From the NCBI RefSeq assembly GCF_009914755.1, contig NC_060947.1: a stretch of 64,000 bases of DNA; one strand, 5' to 3'. Under the pieces are notes generated by a model. That model saw only the letters and a program-made list of their open reading frames with translations, did no database searches and was not told the DNA's origin. Source of the DNA: the human T2T-CHM13v2.0 reference genome, Homo sapiens. The translations under genes were made by a program, and so were the position numbers. Below are positions 28,384 through 45,874 of this stretch, one piece after another (position 1 is the first letter of the stretch; every line of letters starts with the position of its first letter).

Positions 28384-30769
28384 TAAAAAGTGGACCACAG
28401 ATGTAACACACATTTAAGTGAAGTATTTAAAGCAACTGATACATCTCAAACTGAGATTGCCTTCAAGGGTACTAAAATTTAAAGATTCATCTAATGTCCA
28501 ACTAAAAATCATCTTTAGGTATTATTATTAGTTGAAGCAAACTACAAGGCACAGGGTGTGAAGAGACATGAAAGTTTAAAAAAAACTGAGCGGCAACAGT
28601 ACTGGACATTTCTTTTGAATGCCCACATTCTAAAGCTGAAAGCCAGAGGGAGGAGTAGTGTCTGCAAAATGCCATAGTTTTATCTCTAGCTATGTATATA
28701 TACATGTTCTTCCATATTTGCTGGCTGTATCTTGGGCCACATAACGAAAGTCCCAGACCTGTGATATCCCTTGGGTTGCTTGTCCAGTTGGGGAGATGTT
28801 GAAGCAGAGAGAGAAGTAGGAAGGGAGAAGCAGACAGGAGACAGTGCCTTGAACATACATGGCCCACATCACCTTTCACATCAAAGGCCTTTGTCTTCCT
28901 GTTTGCTTTATTGTCATCCTCAAAAGCAGCTCTACAAAAAGCCGCTGTTCACAGCCCTCTCCCTACCTCTAGACTGTAGGTCCTTGAAGGTAAGAAACCA
29001 TTTTTATTTGTTATTCCATGTTTCCTGATCCCCGTTTTCTGGGGATCCAACCTCTGTAACACTTCTCCCCTGTAACTCTTCTCCCCTCAGACAGACAACA
29101 AAAGTGGTCAGAGAACCACATCTTAAAGCCTTTTAGTGCTCTCACATTTTTCTGAGCGGTTTTCAGTAGTTTTTTCTACAATCACACAACCACATGTTGT
29201 AGCTTCTGGATAAACAAAGTGATTAAGAAATGGAGGAATGATGGTAGGTTAAGGAACTATTATTTTTGTGAGTAAACCTCCTGGAGATATTTGAGTCTCT
29301 AAACTCCACACATTTCATAGAAGTTTGATAGAAATTAAAACAAAACACAAACCTCTAGCTCCTAACTGGTTTGTATACCCAATGAGTAGCTGGCTAACCT
29401 CTACTCTGAAGAGCCCTGCACAGAGAAACTGCAGGAAATGCATGTCAGTCCCAGAGCTGGACTCTCAGTGACCAAGAGATAAGATTTTTGGGATCACTTC
29501 TGACTCATTAGAACACCATGAAAAATAAAAGTTTCAAAAAATGCCTGCATGTGATAAGTAAAATGAAATGAGACAGTAGGGTCAATGCACTATGAGAGAA
29601 CCCCTCATTTTAATAAAATAATCATTACAGCCCTTGATTCTACTAACAATGACAAAATAAGGTAGCAAGAAGGGAGAAAAAGCTTTTCAAGGTAAGGGCA
29701 ATATTTATGTCATTAAGATGCACCAAGTTACCTTCTACTCTGGGTATATATATAATGAATCCAGCTAAACCATGGACAAGAAACATTTGGAAATTAGATA
29801 AAATTGATTCCTAGACTCCAGTAAAAGTTCAAGGGGAGGGGAGGAGGCGAGGAGCAGACTCAGATGGGAAACAAGTCATTATCAACTCCTCTGGAATAGC
29901 AATAAACTTCAGTATAGTTAAAGCATTTTTCTATGGAATTTTATAAACATCCCTCTGTGATCTCTTGATATTTCCAAGCTAACATACATGTGCAAATGGA
30001 GGACAGGTTTACGTAATGGCCAAAAATGAGAGAGGCTGACAATTGGTAGCTGGACAGTGTTTTCTGCTTAATAGAGGAATCAAAATATCCACTGGGTTTA
30101 AATACCCAAATGACCTATGCTTATACTGACCAGGCGTGTAGGGTGACTTCGTTTTGATCAAAAATCCAAGGAAACAGAGGACTTGTTGGGTTGTGGGTTT
30201 CCTGATGGCTTGGTGCCAGCTATGGATTTAGTTGATAAGGCCCAGTTTCTTTGTGTACATATTTGAATTAAATAAGCACCTTTGATGGACAAGGCCTCTA
30301 ATTGGTTCTAATTAACACTCATATAGGCTGTGAAAACCTTCATCTGCATCCATTTTGTTTTGTGAGTCAAAATAATACATATTTTTAAAATAATTCTCCT
30401 CTGTGACTTATATATATCCTTACCTCCACAAGGATCCTGAGAGGCAAGCACTTAGCAAGCAGCCCAGGTTAAAGCAGAAACAGGGAATCTGTTGGGAAGA
30501 GGTCAAAATTAGGGGAAAAAAGAAGTTGCTCTAAGCAGCAGTTTATACATACTCCTTTGTGTACTATAAATACTTCTTCTTGCTCTCTTCCCACCATGCT
30601 TCCAGTTCCCATCTTTCCCTGTCCCTTCTACTGAAGTCCTTGCCCCGTCATCAATCACTATATCACCAGAAGGACCCATGCAAGGAGAGCAGAGCCTCTA
30701 TCCTGACTCTGGGAGAAGAGCTCAAGCCAAAGCTCACAGGTCTTCTATTTGAGAAATCTGGCAGTATGA

Positions 30770-31405
<636 letters not shown>

Positions 31406-31451
31406 TAAATTGTGTCTACACACAAACATGTGTAAGTGTCTTTTGTCCCCT

Positions 31452-32057
<606 letters not shown>

Positions 32058-33042
32058 ATGCCTCACTTAAACCTGAGGTCCTTCACTAGGAGGCAGCTTA
32101 TTCCTAGTACCAATTCCACACACTAAGAATAGAAATATGAACAGGACATAGAAAGCCTCTCTCACTTGTGTTTACATCAATGGGCAGTCCTACAACTGGT
32201 CTGCATCAAGCCAAATGAACAGAACTGCAACTGTTCCTACAAGGATCCTACAAGGTCTTTTCACCACTCCTATATATGCTGCTACTGAAGTCATACAGAT
32301 GATACATCTGCATTAACCATACAACTTGTTAAATGCTACACTGTACAGTGCTTTTCAGAACATTAGATTCAACGAAAACTAGAATCTTTAAAATAAATTC
32401 ACTGAATTTTTATGTCTTTCCCAATTGTATGCATAATATTTGAGTCTAGTAACATGGACTAGAGTCAGATATCTGAATGAGAAAGCATAGATTTACTGCA
32501 GGTCCTCAAATAAGGTCATTTTCTACAACATTGTTTCCTTATAAAATTGATGAGGAAAAAAAAAAATCAATTCCCGGCTGGGGCTACTGTCTGGGTGGAG
32601 TCTGCATGAGTTTTCTCCAGGTACTCACTTCCTCCCACATCCAGAAGATGTGTAGATGGGGTTAACTGGCATGCCTAAATGGTCCCAGTGTGAGTCAGCG
32701 TGGGTGTGTGTGTGAGTGCACCTGGTGATGTAATGTCCTGCCCAGGGTTGGTTCCAGCCTTGCACCCTGAGCTGCTGGGATAAGATCCAGCCACCTGTGA
32801 CCGCTTGAAACAGAGTAAGTAGGTTAGAAAATGACTCAATGAATGAATACAAAATATTGTAAAATAAAAATTCAGAAAGTCTATGATAATCATACAAATG
32901 CACAACAATAAATGACGTTGTGCTAAAGTGCTCAGTGAGCTTGCCATATTTGTGATTGTTTTTGAACTGCATGGTGGTAGGAGATACTTCTTAGAATTTT
33001 CACTTTGCAAATGTTTCTTCCTTAATTTAAATCCACCATCAC

Positions 33043-33701
<659 letters not shown>

Positions 33702-34128
33702 TCACTGATTCACCAAGAGCTGGGTAATTATTGTATCTTGTTTTTGTTAACCTTTCTTAAAGGTATAGATAGCTCACCTTTATTTCAGTGTTTAATAGTA
33801 AAAGTGTTTTCAGTCTTTATTTAGAAGTTTGGTGATGTTTTCATGACCAGAAATATACGCCATGGAGACCTAACTCTTGCTTATATCAATCAGCCAATGG
33901 TAAATTTGGTTTTGTCATAAGTCATTTTGCTTCAAAAGTTGCAGTTCACTGGAACTTATTGAAGACATTAAGTGAGGACTTACTGTACTTACTAAAATTC
34001 AATATAAAGACTCCTCACTAGAACAAATATGGATATTTTTCATAGAAAGATTAGTTAGAAGAACATTAAAATGTTAGCAGTGGTCATAATTCTATGCAGT
34101 TTGATTGCCAGTAATTTTTTAATTTATT

Positions 34129-34318
34129 CAGTGTTGTGTAAGAGCTGGCTCATATGAGGTGGTAAGTGCACATCTCTTCCAAAATCTGCATTCAGTGTGA
34201 CAACACTTGAAATTGGTGATGGTGGAATTATTTACACCTTAGAAATTGACAAATGCCACATATCAGGTTTTTTCTCTTCTTTTGGAGAGTCACTTGTTAA
34301 ACAAAAAGCATACCACTT
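34129..34318. mobile_element. MER63-like hAT element
   Basis: cagtgttgtg...gtgcacatctcttcc...cttgaaattggtgatggtggaattatttacacc...gcataccact. Confidence 0.7.
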
Positions 34319-34603
34319 TTTGTAGTCTCTAGACTTTCCTTGTGAACACATAAAATTATAATTTGAGGTTACTTTTAAAGAAAATGAAATTTGAGCAAAT
34401 TAATCTTTGTGTGTATAGCACGTTTTCATGAAGTATTAAGAAAAATATGTTTTTCTCCATAAAAGATCTATAAACCCAAATAGCCTTGCCCTAAAATTTC
34501 TGCTATAATTTAATCTCTCTCCTGTACCCATATAAACAAGCATGAAAACATGAGTGTGGAGAGAGGAAGTCACACCAAGAATTTATAGAACGTGAAAATT
34601 TCA

Positions 34604-34890
<287 letters not shown>

Positions 34891-34943
34891 TTTTTTCTTT
34901 CAATTAGTAGCCATTGACAGAGTAGACCCCAGATGAGTTAAAG

Positions 34944-35284
34944 CAGCAGTCCCCAACCTTGTTGGTACCAGGGATCAGTTTTGTGGAAGACAAATTTTCC
35001 ACAGACCGGGGGTGGAGGGATGGTTTCGGGATAAAATTGGATCCACCTCAGGATCATAAGACATTAGATTCTCATAAGGAGTGTGCAACCTAGATCCCTT
35101 GCATGTGCAGTTTACAATAGGGTTCATGCTCCTATGAAAATCTAATACCGCTGCTGAGCTGACAGGAGGTGGAGCTCAGGTGGTAATGTTTGCTCGCCCG
35201 GCTGCTTACCTCTCACTGTGTGGCCCGGTTCCTAACAGGCCACCGCCCAGTACCAGTCCACGGCCCGGAGTTTGGAAACCCCTG
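34944..35284 (-). mobile_element. MER1B (hAT-Charlie)
   Basis: Ends cagcagtccccaac / ggaaacccctg; perfect 8-bp TSD agttaaag. Confidence 0.95.
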
Positions 35285-36560
35285 AGTTAAAGGGCAAAGG
35301 ACTGGACCTCTTAGGAATCAAGAAGCCAGGTCCCACTTTAAGTTCTGAATAGGGTCACTTTCACCTTTCCTAGGTTTCTACCTCTTGGGCTTATCTGCCC
35401 AAACAGAGATTAACCCTTTTGGATTCCTCTACCTTGTGACTTACTTTTTAAATGCCAATACTTAGAGAAACTACCAAAGAAGAGACCCAAGATGACTGTG
35501 AAGAGCAGTGGGTAGAACAAGTGTGTGCAAAAGGAGAAGGTGTCACAGTTATAGTTAGGATTCACTCTTTTTTTCATCTAGCAAACGAGCTAAGGTCACT
35601 ATCAGACCACTTGATGAAGGAACTTGGTGGCAAAGCTCCATTAAGTGGTTTTAGGTAGAGTTTTTTTTTTTTTTTCTAAATAACTCTGGCCCCAGTTTTT
35701 ACTGGACAGGAAATAACAACAATGATTTCCACCTTCCATGGTTTAAAGTAATTTAGCCATTTACAGGGATAAATCAAAAGGCTTTGAAATGTCAATGTGC
35801 TATGTAACAGACACTTTAGTTTCTAAAAAAAAGAAATGAGGATTTTTTTTTTTTACCTTGGTTGGGTGAACTTCAGATTACATGATGCTACCAGAATAAA
35901 ATATGTGCTAACAGAAAAGTAGAGGAATCACAGGTATCTACTGAGACTAAAGGTTAAAAGATACTCTTAGGATAGTGCATATTTATATTTAGCATTTAAT
36001 CCTCCATTTCTTACGTTGTCAAGTGTCTTCACCTAATCTTCAGTGAACTAATCACAACCCAAATGTGACTTTTTACAGGCGAGGAAAGAAATTTCTAGGA
36101 CTGCTAGTTAATAGGCATCTTCCATCCCAGATAGCTAGAGTCCTGCTGGATGCTGAACTATGATGCTAGCCTCAGTGTAATGTGTCCTAGTTGGTCAGAA
36201 CAGAACTCAGCTCAGAGCAAGAAAAAATCTGAGATCCTTAGCCAGATTACAGGGTTGTGGTTTCCCAAGAGAAGACAGTATAATCTATGAGGAATGTGCA
36301 ATACCTGAGAAAGGAAAGAAAATAAATAAAGGAAGGTGGGAGAGGTGCTAAACCAAGCACTGTATGTCCTCCCTCCAATATGTGCATTCAGGAAATGGAG
36401 AGCTCATTCATGAGTGCCTATTGTGTACTAGATGCATTACAAAGATTATGACACTTGATTCTTACAACATTCTGATAGCAAAGAAGGATTCCTGTTTTGC
36501 AGAAAAGGAAAACTGAGGCCCAAAGAGTTAGTTGGGAACTAAGGATAGAAAGTTACTGAT

Positions 36561-36971
36561 GGCCAGATGCAGTGGCTCATGCCTGTAATCCCAGCACTTT
36601 GGGAGGCTGAGGTAGGAGGACTGCTTGAGCCTAGGAGTTTGAGAATAGCCTGGGCAACACAGTGAGACCCCACTCTACAGAAAATAAAAAATTAGCTGAG
36701 TGTGGTGACACACATATGTAGCCCCATTTACTCAGAAGGCTGAAGTTGGAGGATCACTTGAGCCAAGGAGTTTGAGAACAGCCAGGAGTTCTACAAAAAA
36801 TAAAAAATTAGCTGAGCATAGTGACATACCTGTAGCCCCAGTTAGGAGGCTGAGGTGGGAGGATCACTTGAGTTCAGGAGGTCAAGGCTGCAGTGAGCTG
36901 TGATTGCATCACTACACTCCAGCTTGGGTAACAGAGTGAGACTCTGTCTCAAGAAAAAAAAAAGAAAGAAA
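36561..36971 (+). mobile_element. AluJ with internal duplication (three arms), inside an antisense MIR
   Basis: Two A-rich linkers (aaaataaaaaattagctgag x2); TSD agttactgat / agttactggt. Confidence 0.92.
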
Positions 36972-39692
36972 GTTAGTTACTGGTAAATCAGGCTTAAACT
37001 GAGGTCTGTCTGACTCAAAAGCAATCCAAGAGGAAATTTACAAAGCACCAAGAGTGAAAACTACATAATTCAGGCATTTACTCTACAGATGTTATTAATA
37101 AGTACAAATCATAAGGCTTACTGTTAAATGGCTACAGGGAAAGACCACATTCCAGAACATATGCCATAGCAGGCAACAACTCCAGAAGTGTAAACTTTGG
37201 TTAGAAGATCCCCACTCTAAGGTTTGGTATTCCCATGTACTGAAAGCTTGAATCCCAAATTGATATGAAATTCTATCATTCATCAGAAAGGAATTTTGAC
37301 CCAGTTACTGTATACCTTGCCTGAAAATTGACAGCAATGGTGAAATCAAGTTCAGACACAGGATCTCCACATGTTTGAAACAAACATATCAGATAGCAAT
37401 CTAGGGGGAACAGCACAGATGCAGGAATGCTTACCAATCAACCCTTGTGGTTGGCTGCTATATAGAACAGAGACTATGACCTGGACAGGCACAAGAGAGA
37501 GCATTTATTATATGGGAGCATTCAACATAACCCAAATAACATTAGCACTTTTTGTCATGATCTATTTACCCAAATTCATTCATCCCACTGTACTTCTTTT
37601 GTGTAACAAGACAGGAAACACAAGGCTTAGGGAGCCTTAGCATGCAAACCCCAAATCTTTGTCCCCAGCTTCCAATGCCTGAATTCATTGACAATTTTTA
37701 ACAGTGTCACAAAGTGTGAAAATACTATGTTAGAAACCAGCTGAGCTGCCAGACTACTGCCTTAGAGTGAAAATGAGCCCAGTGTCTTTCAGACTCAGAA
37801 ACTGGAACCTTGTCATACCAGCAATGTCTGCAGAGCAAGGAAATGGACAACAATGTATGGAACAGTAAACATCTGAAGGAGTAATAACCTACATATTACT
37901 TTAATTGCTGGCGTATACCTTCAGGAACCCTAGCAAATAAATGTCACAAGTGGAGCAGGCTGGCAGACTACCATTCCCTGACACCTACTTGGTCCTCAGG
38001 ACCTATCTTTTCCCTCCTTGTATATATAAGGCTGGCTTTCAAATTACCTTCAGACCCATATTCTCATACCTGAAACAAAGGCACCTGAGCAGCACTCCGC
38101 ACTCCTTAACTCTTGAAGTTTTCTACAATCCAGTCCAGTCCCTCCTGCTGCTGTCTCTTACTGGTTTTCCAAAAAATAGAAATAAAGATCAGAACTTTGG
38201 TGTTAAAAAGTCAAAATCAGGTTTATTTGAAATCAGAACAGTCTAAGTTTGTCAATGTCTCTGTAACAGCGGCACCCACAGTGTACATGAGGAACACAAT
38301 TAAGAAGTAGAAAAATATGCCCCTGTCTAATGAAAGGAACAGGTTGTAGAAACAGAGTCAGTATCATGGAGTCAGCAGTACTTAGGAAGAGTGACTACCA
38401 CTGTTGGTAGTCCCTATCTCTAGAACTCTAGGAAGGGGTTTCAATGCCATCATTAATGATGCACAGGGGACAGGAGGAGGGGGCTGCCCTTCATAAGACA
38501 CTAGTCACCTCACACAATGTAAGGACACCCTGAACTTGTCTAGGTGATCTTGACAATTGATTCCAATTCCATCTTTTTCACATTACAGAACCATAGGCTC
38601 ACTGGTACTGGACTTTTCCATCACAGGTTCTGAAGGAGATGGTGACTGTATGAATCTGCCAAGAGACTTGCCTGTGGATGGACAGCCCAGCACCACTGCA
38701 GGAAAATTACATAACTTGGAACTCATTTTGGTGGATGGCTGGGGAACACTTCCTTTTCCACTTATTCAGAGAAACTTCTGAAAATGGTTGGTTGGATCAA
38801 GGTACCCAATCATACAGGGTGAAACATAATATAATAGGAACTGCATTAATCTTGTGGTTACAAGATCAGACAAGACTATTGCTTCAGAGGTTTGATTGTC
38901 CCTTCAAAATAAACTATAGTTCATCTTGCTTTAATCAAACATTATAGGGGAATTATATATTAAGCTAATAGGCAAGATCTCAACTTCTAGAAAGGGGAGT
39001 CTCAAAGATGTCAGTTGATTGTATTCATTACCATGGTGAAAAAGACTCATACAGGATCACAGATAACAAATTTTTGAAATCGGAGGTTTGAGTTGTTCAC
39101 CAGCTTATACAATAGCATTCTCATGGTGTATTCGTGTAAGTAATTAGTAACACAGTAAGTTAGAAAAACATGGACATCAGAAGGAAGCTAGTATCATTTA
39201 GGATAATTTCACGAATAATTGCAACCATTAAATAATGTTGGTGCCATCTGACACTGAGAATAGATCTTCAAAGAAATAATCCACAAAAGTTTACAGTTGC
39301 TAATATTGGCTTTTGTGGGTATGCTCTTTGGAAAATATCCCCTCTAGGATTCTATGGGCGAAGTGGACATAAGAAAAGTGCCTTCGGCCTAATACCTGGA
39401 TCTAAATTCTAAATTCTAGGGTTAAATTATTATTTAAGATCTAGGGCTCTGCTCAAAAAGTCAGGATCTATGAGGCTAGTTAATATCTTAATTCCTGAAA
39501 TCTTGGCACCTTATATTAGCAAAGGCAGAGGTAACTTTCATTCTTACCAGCAACTGATTTTTCAGGTTTCTAAATTCAATCTAGAAGGATATTTGGAAAA
39601 CACCAACTTTCTACCAATAAAGGTACTAATAAGTCATTCAGATGCTAGATAATATATATAATTCAAATCCAAATCAAGAATAAACCAGGCTA

Positions 39693-40020
39693 GGCCAGGC
39701 ACAGTGGCTCACGCCTGTAATCTCAACACTTGGGAGGTTGAGGCAGGTGAATGTCTTGAGCCCAGGAGTTGGAGACCAGCCTGGGCAACATGGCAAAACC
39801 CCATCTCTCAAAAACAAAAAGAAAAACAAAACAAAACAACAACAATGACAACAAACCATGCATTGCGGTGTGCACATCCCAGCTACCAGCTACTTGGGAG
39901 GATGAGGTGGGGGGATCACTTGAGCCCAGGAAGGCAGAGGTTGCAGTGAGCTAAGATTACTGCCACTGCACTCCAGCCTGGGTGACAGAGTGAAACCTCT
40001 CTCTCTCAAAAAAACAAAAA
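39693..40020 (+). mobile_element. AluJ with linker expanded into (CAAAA)/(CAA) repeats
   Basis: Dimer with ~50-nt A/C-rich linker. Confidence 0.93.
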
Positions 40021-40069
40021 GTAAAATTAAATAAACATTTTAATCAGTATCCAGAAAAATTACTAGATT

Positions 40070-40190
40070 AAATCATTCAACAAATATTACTTGAGTGCCT
40101 GCTATATATCAGGCACTATTAGAGACACCACGTTTATAGCACGGAAGAAAAAAGTTCTTGCCCCCATGGAGCTTAAAGTCTATTGAGGAG
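40070..40190 (-). mobile_element. L2 3' end
   Basis: tcattcaacaaatattacttgagtgcctgctatatatcaggcact...cccccatggagctta. Confidence 0.75.
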
Positions 40191-40196
40191 GAAGAA

Positions 40197-40364
40197 AAAT
40201 TAGCCAGGCATGGTGGCACATGCCTATAGTCTCAGCTACTCAGGAGGCTGAGGTGGAAGGATTGCTTGAGCCCAGAAGTCAAGGCTGCAGTGAACCACGA
40301 TGGCACCACTGCACTCTAGCCTAGGCGACAGAGTGAGACTCTGTGTCCAAAAAAGAAAAAAAAA
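40197..40364 (+). mobile_element. Alu right arm only
   Basis: Starts at aaaattagccaggc. Confidence 0.9.
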
Positions 40365-40415
40365 TCCTCAACTCTCATAGCATTATTTAACAGATAATGT
40401 CAAAAAAGAAATATA

Positions 40416-40742
<327 letters not shown>

Positions 40743-41306
40743 CTAATAAGTAAATTCAATCAGCACCATTTAAAAAAATACTTACACTTTATCCTCAAAG
40801 CAAAAATCTTGTTTCTCAGTGATTATGCTCAAGTTTTTGAGAGAGACTAAAGTTTTCCTTTAATTTTAATTATCCCACTGAATACACAATAGGAGTCACA
40901 AAATGGCAGTAGGAATGTAAAGAAGCCAGTGCTGCCAATTTAAAACGGCTACCTTTTAAGTGTTACTTGTAGCACTGTGGCACACTGCGTGGCTAAGGGA
41001 CAGGGTTGGTGCATGCCAGCCAGGAAGCGAGCAGAAGATCCAGAAGGATCTAGAAGGATCTACTTCCATTTTCTCTCCTAACCTGGCCCTAGACAACTTC
41101 TGTCCTCCTTATTCTTAAATAGAAACCTTTTTTTTTTTTTTCTGGGAAGGAACACCTTGGAAAGAGGACCTATGCCAAAATGTATAAATACCATTATATT
41201 AAACACACAACTATACTGTACAATAAAATTCAGATGAGGCAACATGACTTCCAACGGCTGTTCACTGCCAGAAAGTAAACATTTGACGTTACAGTTAATT
41301 TCCTCA

Positions 41307-41885
<579 letters not shown>

Positions 41886-42325
41886 TTAGAAAATTCTTTT
41901 CGTTATTTGTAAATTGAAGATAATACAAAACTTTCTTCACACAAAATTTATGAAAAGGACTAGGACCCACATTTAATGGAATAAAATGCTACCTAACACA
42001 GAATTCCTCTGTAAAATAAAATTCCAAATTCCATTAAATGGCAGCCGATGATAAGACACTTAAGTGCAGTCACTGGTGCAAAACATTAAGGACACAGCCA
42101 GATGATTAAATTGTGCATTTGTAAATCAAGATTACTCCAAAACTTTTATTTTATAAGGAAATTAATGAAGAGGAAACAAGACCAGAATTTGGACAAATAA
42201 AATTATACCAAATAGGCTGTTCTGTTATAAAATGCACTCAATCGACAGTTAATTTCCTCTACTGCAAACTGAAACTTGTACAAAACCTTTCATAAGAAAC
42301 CTATGAAGTTTCCAATGCCAACAAT

Positions 42326-42903
<578 letters not shown>

Positions 42904-43328
42904 AGAGAGGCAGAGCATCCATATTGTTTGTAAAACATCAACTGCAATTAAGACCAAACTTTTAAAGGCAAATGAATGAAAAATATGAGAAGCACTCTTC
43001 GTGGAATACAATTAAATTCACAACTATACTGTATAAAAATGCAAAATAGCGAATGACCAACAGGAGGCTATCTGAAGTTGTCAATGAACAATTCCTGCAC
43101 TGACCAGACAACATTTTCAAGTTTTAAACACCAGAAAACTTTTCTTTTATTTGAAAGTGAGTGGATGAAAGAACCGACTCCAAAAGATAACCACAAATAT
43201 TACATTTTTAAAAGAAAGAAATACAAACAACATCGCAGCAGCTAATGGCCATTAACTGTCCTAATACCGTGCACAATCCCTCCCAATGGGAAGCTGATTC
43301 TTTCCAGGTCCAAAGTAACAGAAAGAGA

Positions 43329-43649
43329 GGCCAGGCGTGGTGACTCACGCCTGTAATCCCAGCAGTGTGGGACACTGAGGCGGGTGGACCACCTGAGGTC
43401 AGGTGTTGGAGCTCAGCCTGAGAAATATGGTGAATCTCTGTCTCTACTAAAAATACAAAAACTAGCCAGGCGTCGTGGCAGGCGCCTGTAATCCCAGTTA
43501 CTCAGGAGGATGAGGCAGGAGAATCGCTTAAACCCAGGAGGCGGAGGTTGCAATGGGCCGAGATCATGCCACTGCACTACAGCCTGGATGACAGAATGAG
43601 ACTCCGTCTCAAAAAAAACAAAAACAGAAAAACGAAAAGAAAAGAAAAA
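43329..43649 (+). mobile_element. AluS
   Basis: Full dimer. Confidence 0.96.
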
Positions 43650-43745
43650 GTATACTACTACATTTCATATAGCCACATATAGAAAGCACACTACAAATAT
43701 CTAACTCTCAATAACTATTACAAATGAAAAGCAAATTGATCTTAC

Positions 43746-44374
43746 AATAGTTTGTGGAAGAAGTCGACACCCCTGACACACCAACGCTCCACCACGTGCC
43801 CACTTAACGATCGAAAACAAAATGGGCCCCGCCACAGGGGCAGGCTTCTTTTATTGCCAGTGTATGGCTCCACCCTCAAAGATCCTGATTGGTTGTGACT
43901 GAAACAATTGACCAGGATACTGTCTACTCCCACCTTCTCTATAACAGGAAAGTCCGTCCACACCCCGGGCCTTTGCTCCTTATTGGTGGGAAGGATTATT
44001 GCTTGGAGGTGTTGCGCGTGCAGTGGCAGGAACTGTGGGGAATGGAAGGAAAAAACTATCACAAAGTAACTCCCACGAGACTTTCTGCGTGGTTCCCGCA
44101 ATGAATTCAAATAACGCGCCAACCGCTTTTACATTTTTTGCATATTATTGCCTTGTACGGGAAAGATCTTCCCAGCCATTTCTACCATTGGGATGAGACT
44201 CAATTCGTAGCAGGGAATTGAAACCCACCCCTCAGCATTTACGTTTGGGAAAAAGGAACGGGCGTGATGCCAGGACGGGGATCTACAGTGAAAAATGAGC
44301 CTAAATAGCTGTACACCTAACAATTGTGCATAGGAAGTAAGGGCATTAAATTGGGGATGGTGCCGCCATTGCAG
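43746..44374. promoter_or_regulatory. Candidate bidirectional Pol II promoter / first-exon region
   Basis: Local CpG enrichment in non-repeat DNA; CACGTG 43793-98; CCCCGCC ~43827; ATTGG 43888 and 43982; ZNF143-like aactcccacgagact 44068-82; CHR/CDE ttcaaataacgcgcca 44106-21; donors at 43745 (-) and 44375 (+). Confidence 0.65.
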
Positions 44375-44454
44375 GTGAGTTAAACAGAATGGGCATTAAA
44401 CTAAGTGAGCATAAGCAGTTAGGAGAGAGTTTATACGACTGGGAGAATGGATGT

Positions 44455-44566
44455 GGGGTGATAAGAGGACTGAGGAAGGGGATCACGAGTAGAACTAGGA
44501 AATGGCCATACTAGCGTTTGAATCCATGACCCTCTAGCACCAATGTCTGTGTCGTAGACCACTATT
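44455..44566 (-). mobile_element. MIR tRNA-derived head
   Basis: Minus strand atagtggtctacgacacagacattggtgctagagggtcatggattcaaac... aligns by eye to the MIR 5' end. Confidence 0.65.
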
Positions 44567-44946
44567 TAAGAGTAATCAGCCTCCTACTAGAATTTCCTTT
44601 CCCCCCATCTCTGTCCACCAATTAGGTCCCAGCTCAAACACAGCCGCCTCCATGATGCATTCACTGATCCTTTCCCTCTCTTACCAGGCCCTCTCTTGCT
44701 GCTATCAGGTGGGGAATATGGGAAAACATTAGAATTGGGGTGCAAGGGAGTGCTGTCAGCACTGGCATCAGTTAGCACCGGGCTGGATGTGGCGAGAAGG
44801 ACCCAGATTTGTACTGGGATGTTTGCATTTGTTAGGTTGCAGAAATTCTGCAAAATCCAGTGCAAAAAAATAACCTAGCCCATACCTGTCTCCTGACTGG
44901 TCAGAGAATTATAAATTTAGACTACAGTTGAAAGTAAACTTGGTAG

Positions 44947-45496
<550 letters not shown>

Positions 45497-45581
45497 TCAG
45501 CTAAGGGACCCAAACTGTCTTAAATCCAAAGCCCTCTAGACTGTTTAAGTATGCTATTAAACATATTAAAGTATACTATTT

Positions 45582-45874
45582 ACCGAGCATTGTGGCTCAT
45601 GCCTGTAATCCCAGCCCTTTTGGAGGCCAAGGCGGGTGGATCATCTGAGGTCAGGTGTTTGTGCCCAGCCTGAGCAATATGGTGAATCCCCGTCTCTACT
45701 AAAAATACAAAAACTACCTAGGCGTGGTGGCACACACTTGTAGTCGCAGCTACTCGGAAGGCTGAGACAGAAGAATCACTTGATCCCAGGCGTCGGGGGT
45801 TGCAGTGAGTTGCAATCACACCACTGCACTCCAGCCTGGGTAACAGAGTCAGACTCCATCTGAAAAAAAAAAAA
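45582..45874 (+). mobile_element. AluS
   Basis: Full dimer. Confidence 0.95.

Noticed and set aside
38557-38947. Short ORFs and possible plus-strand exon in unique DNA
   Set aside because: No recognisable domain, non-ATG starts and a weak donor; insufficient support.
44357-44383. MVPPLQVS* resembles the ATP5ME N-terminus (MVPPVQVS)
   Set aside because: Similarity ends after 8 codons at a stop, with no downstream homology; likely coincidence.
44500-44570. tRNA-like A/B boxes on the minus strand
   Set aside because: No cloverleaf; the sequence matches the tRNA-derived head of MIR.
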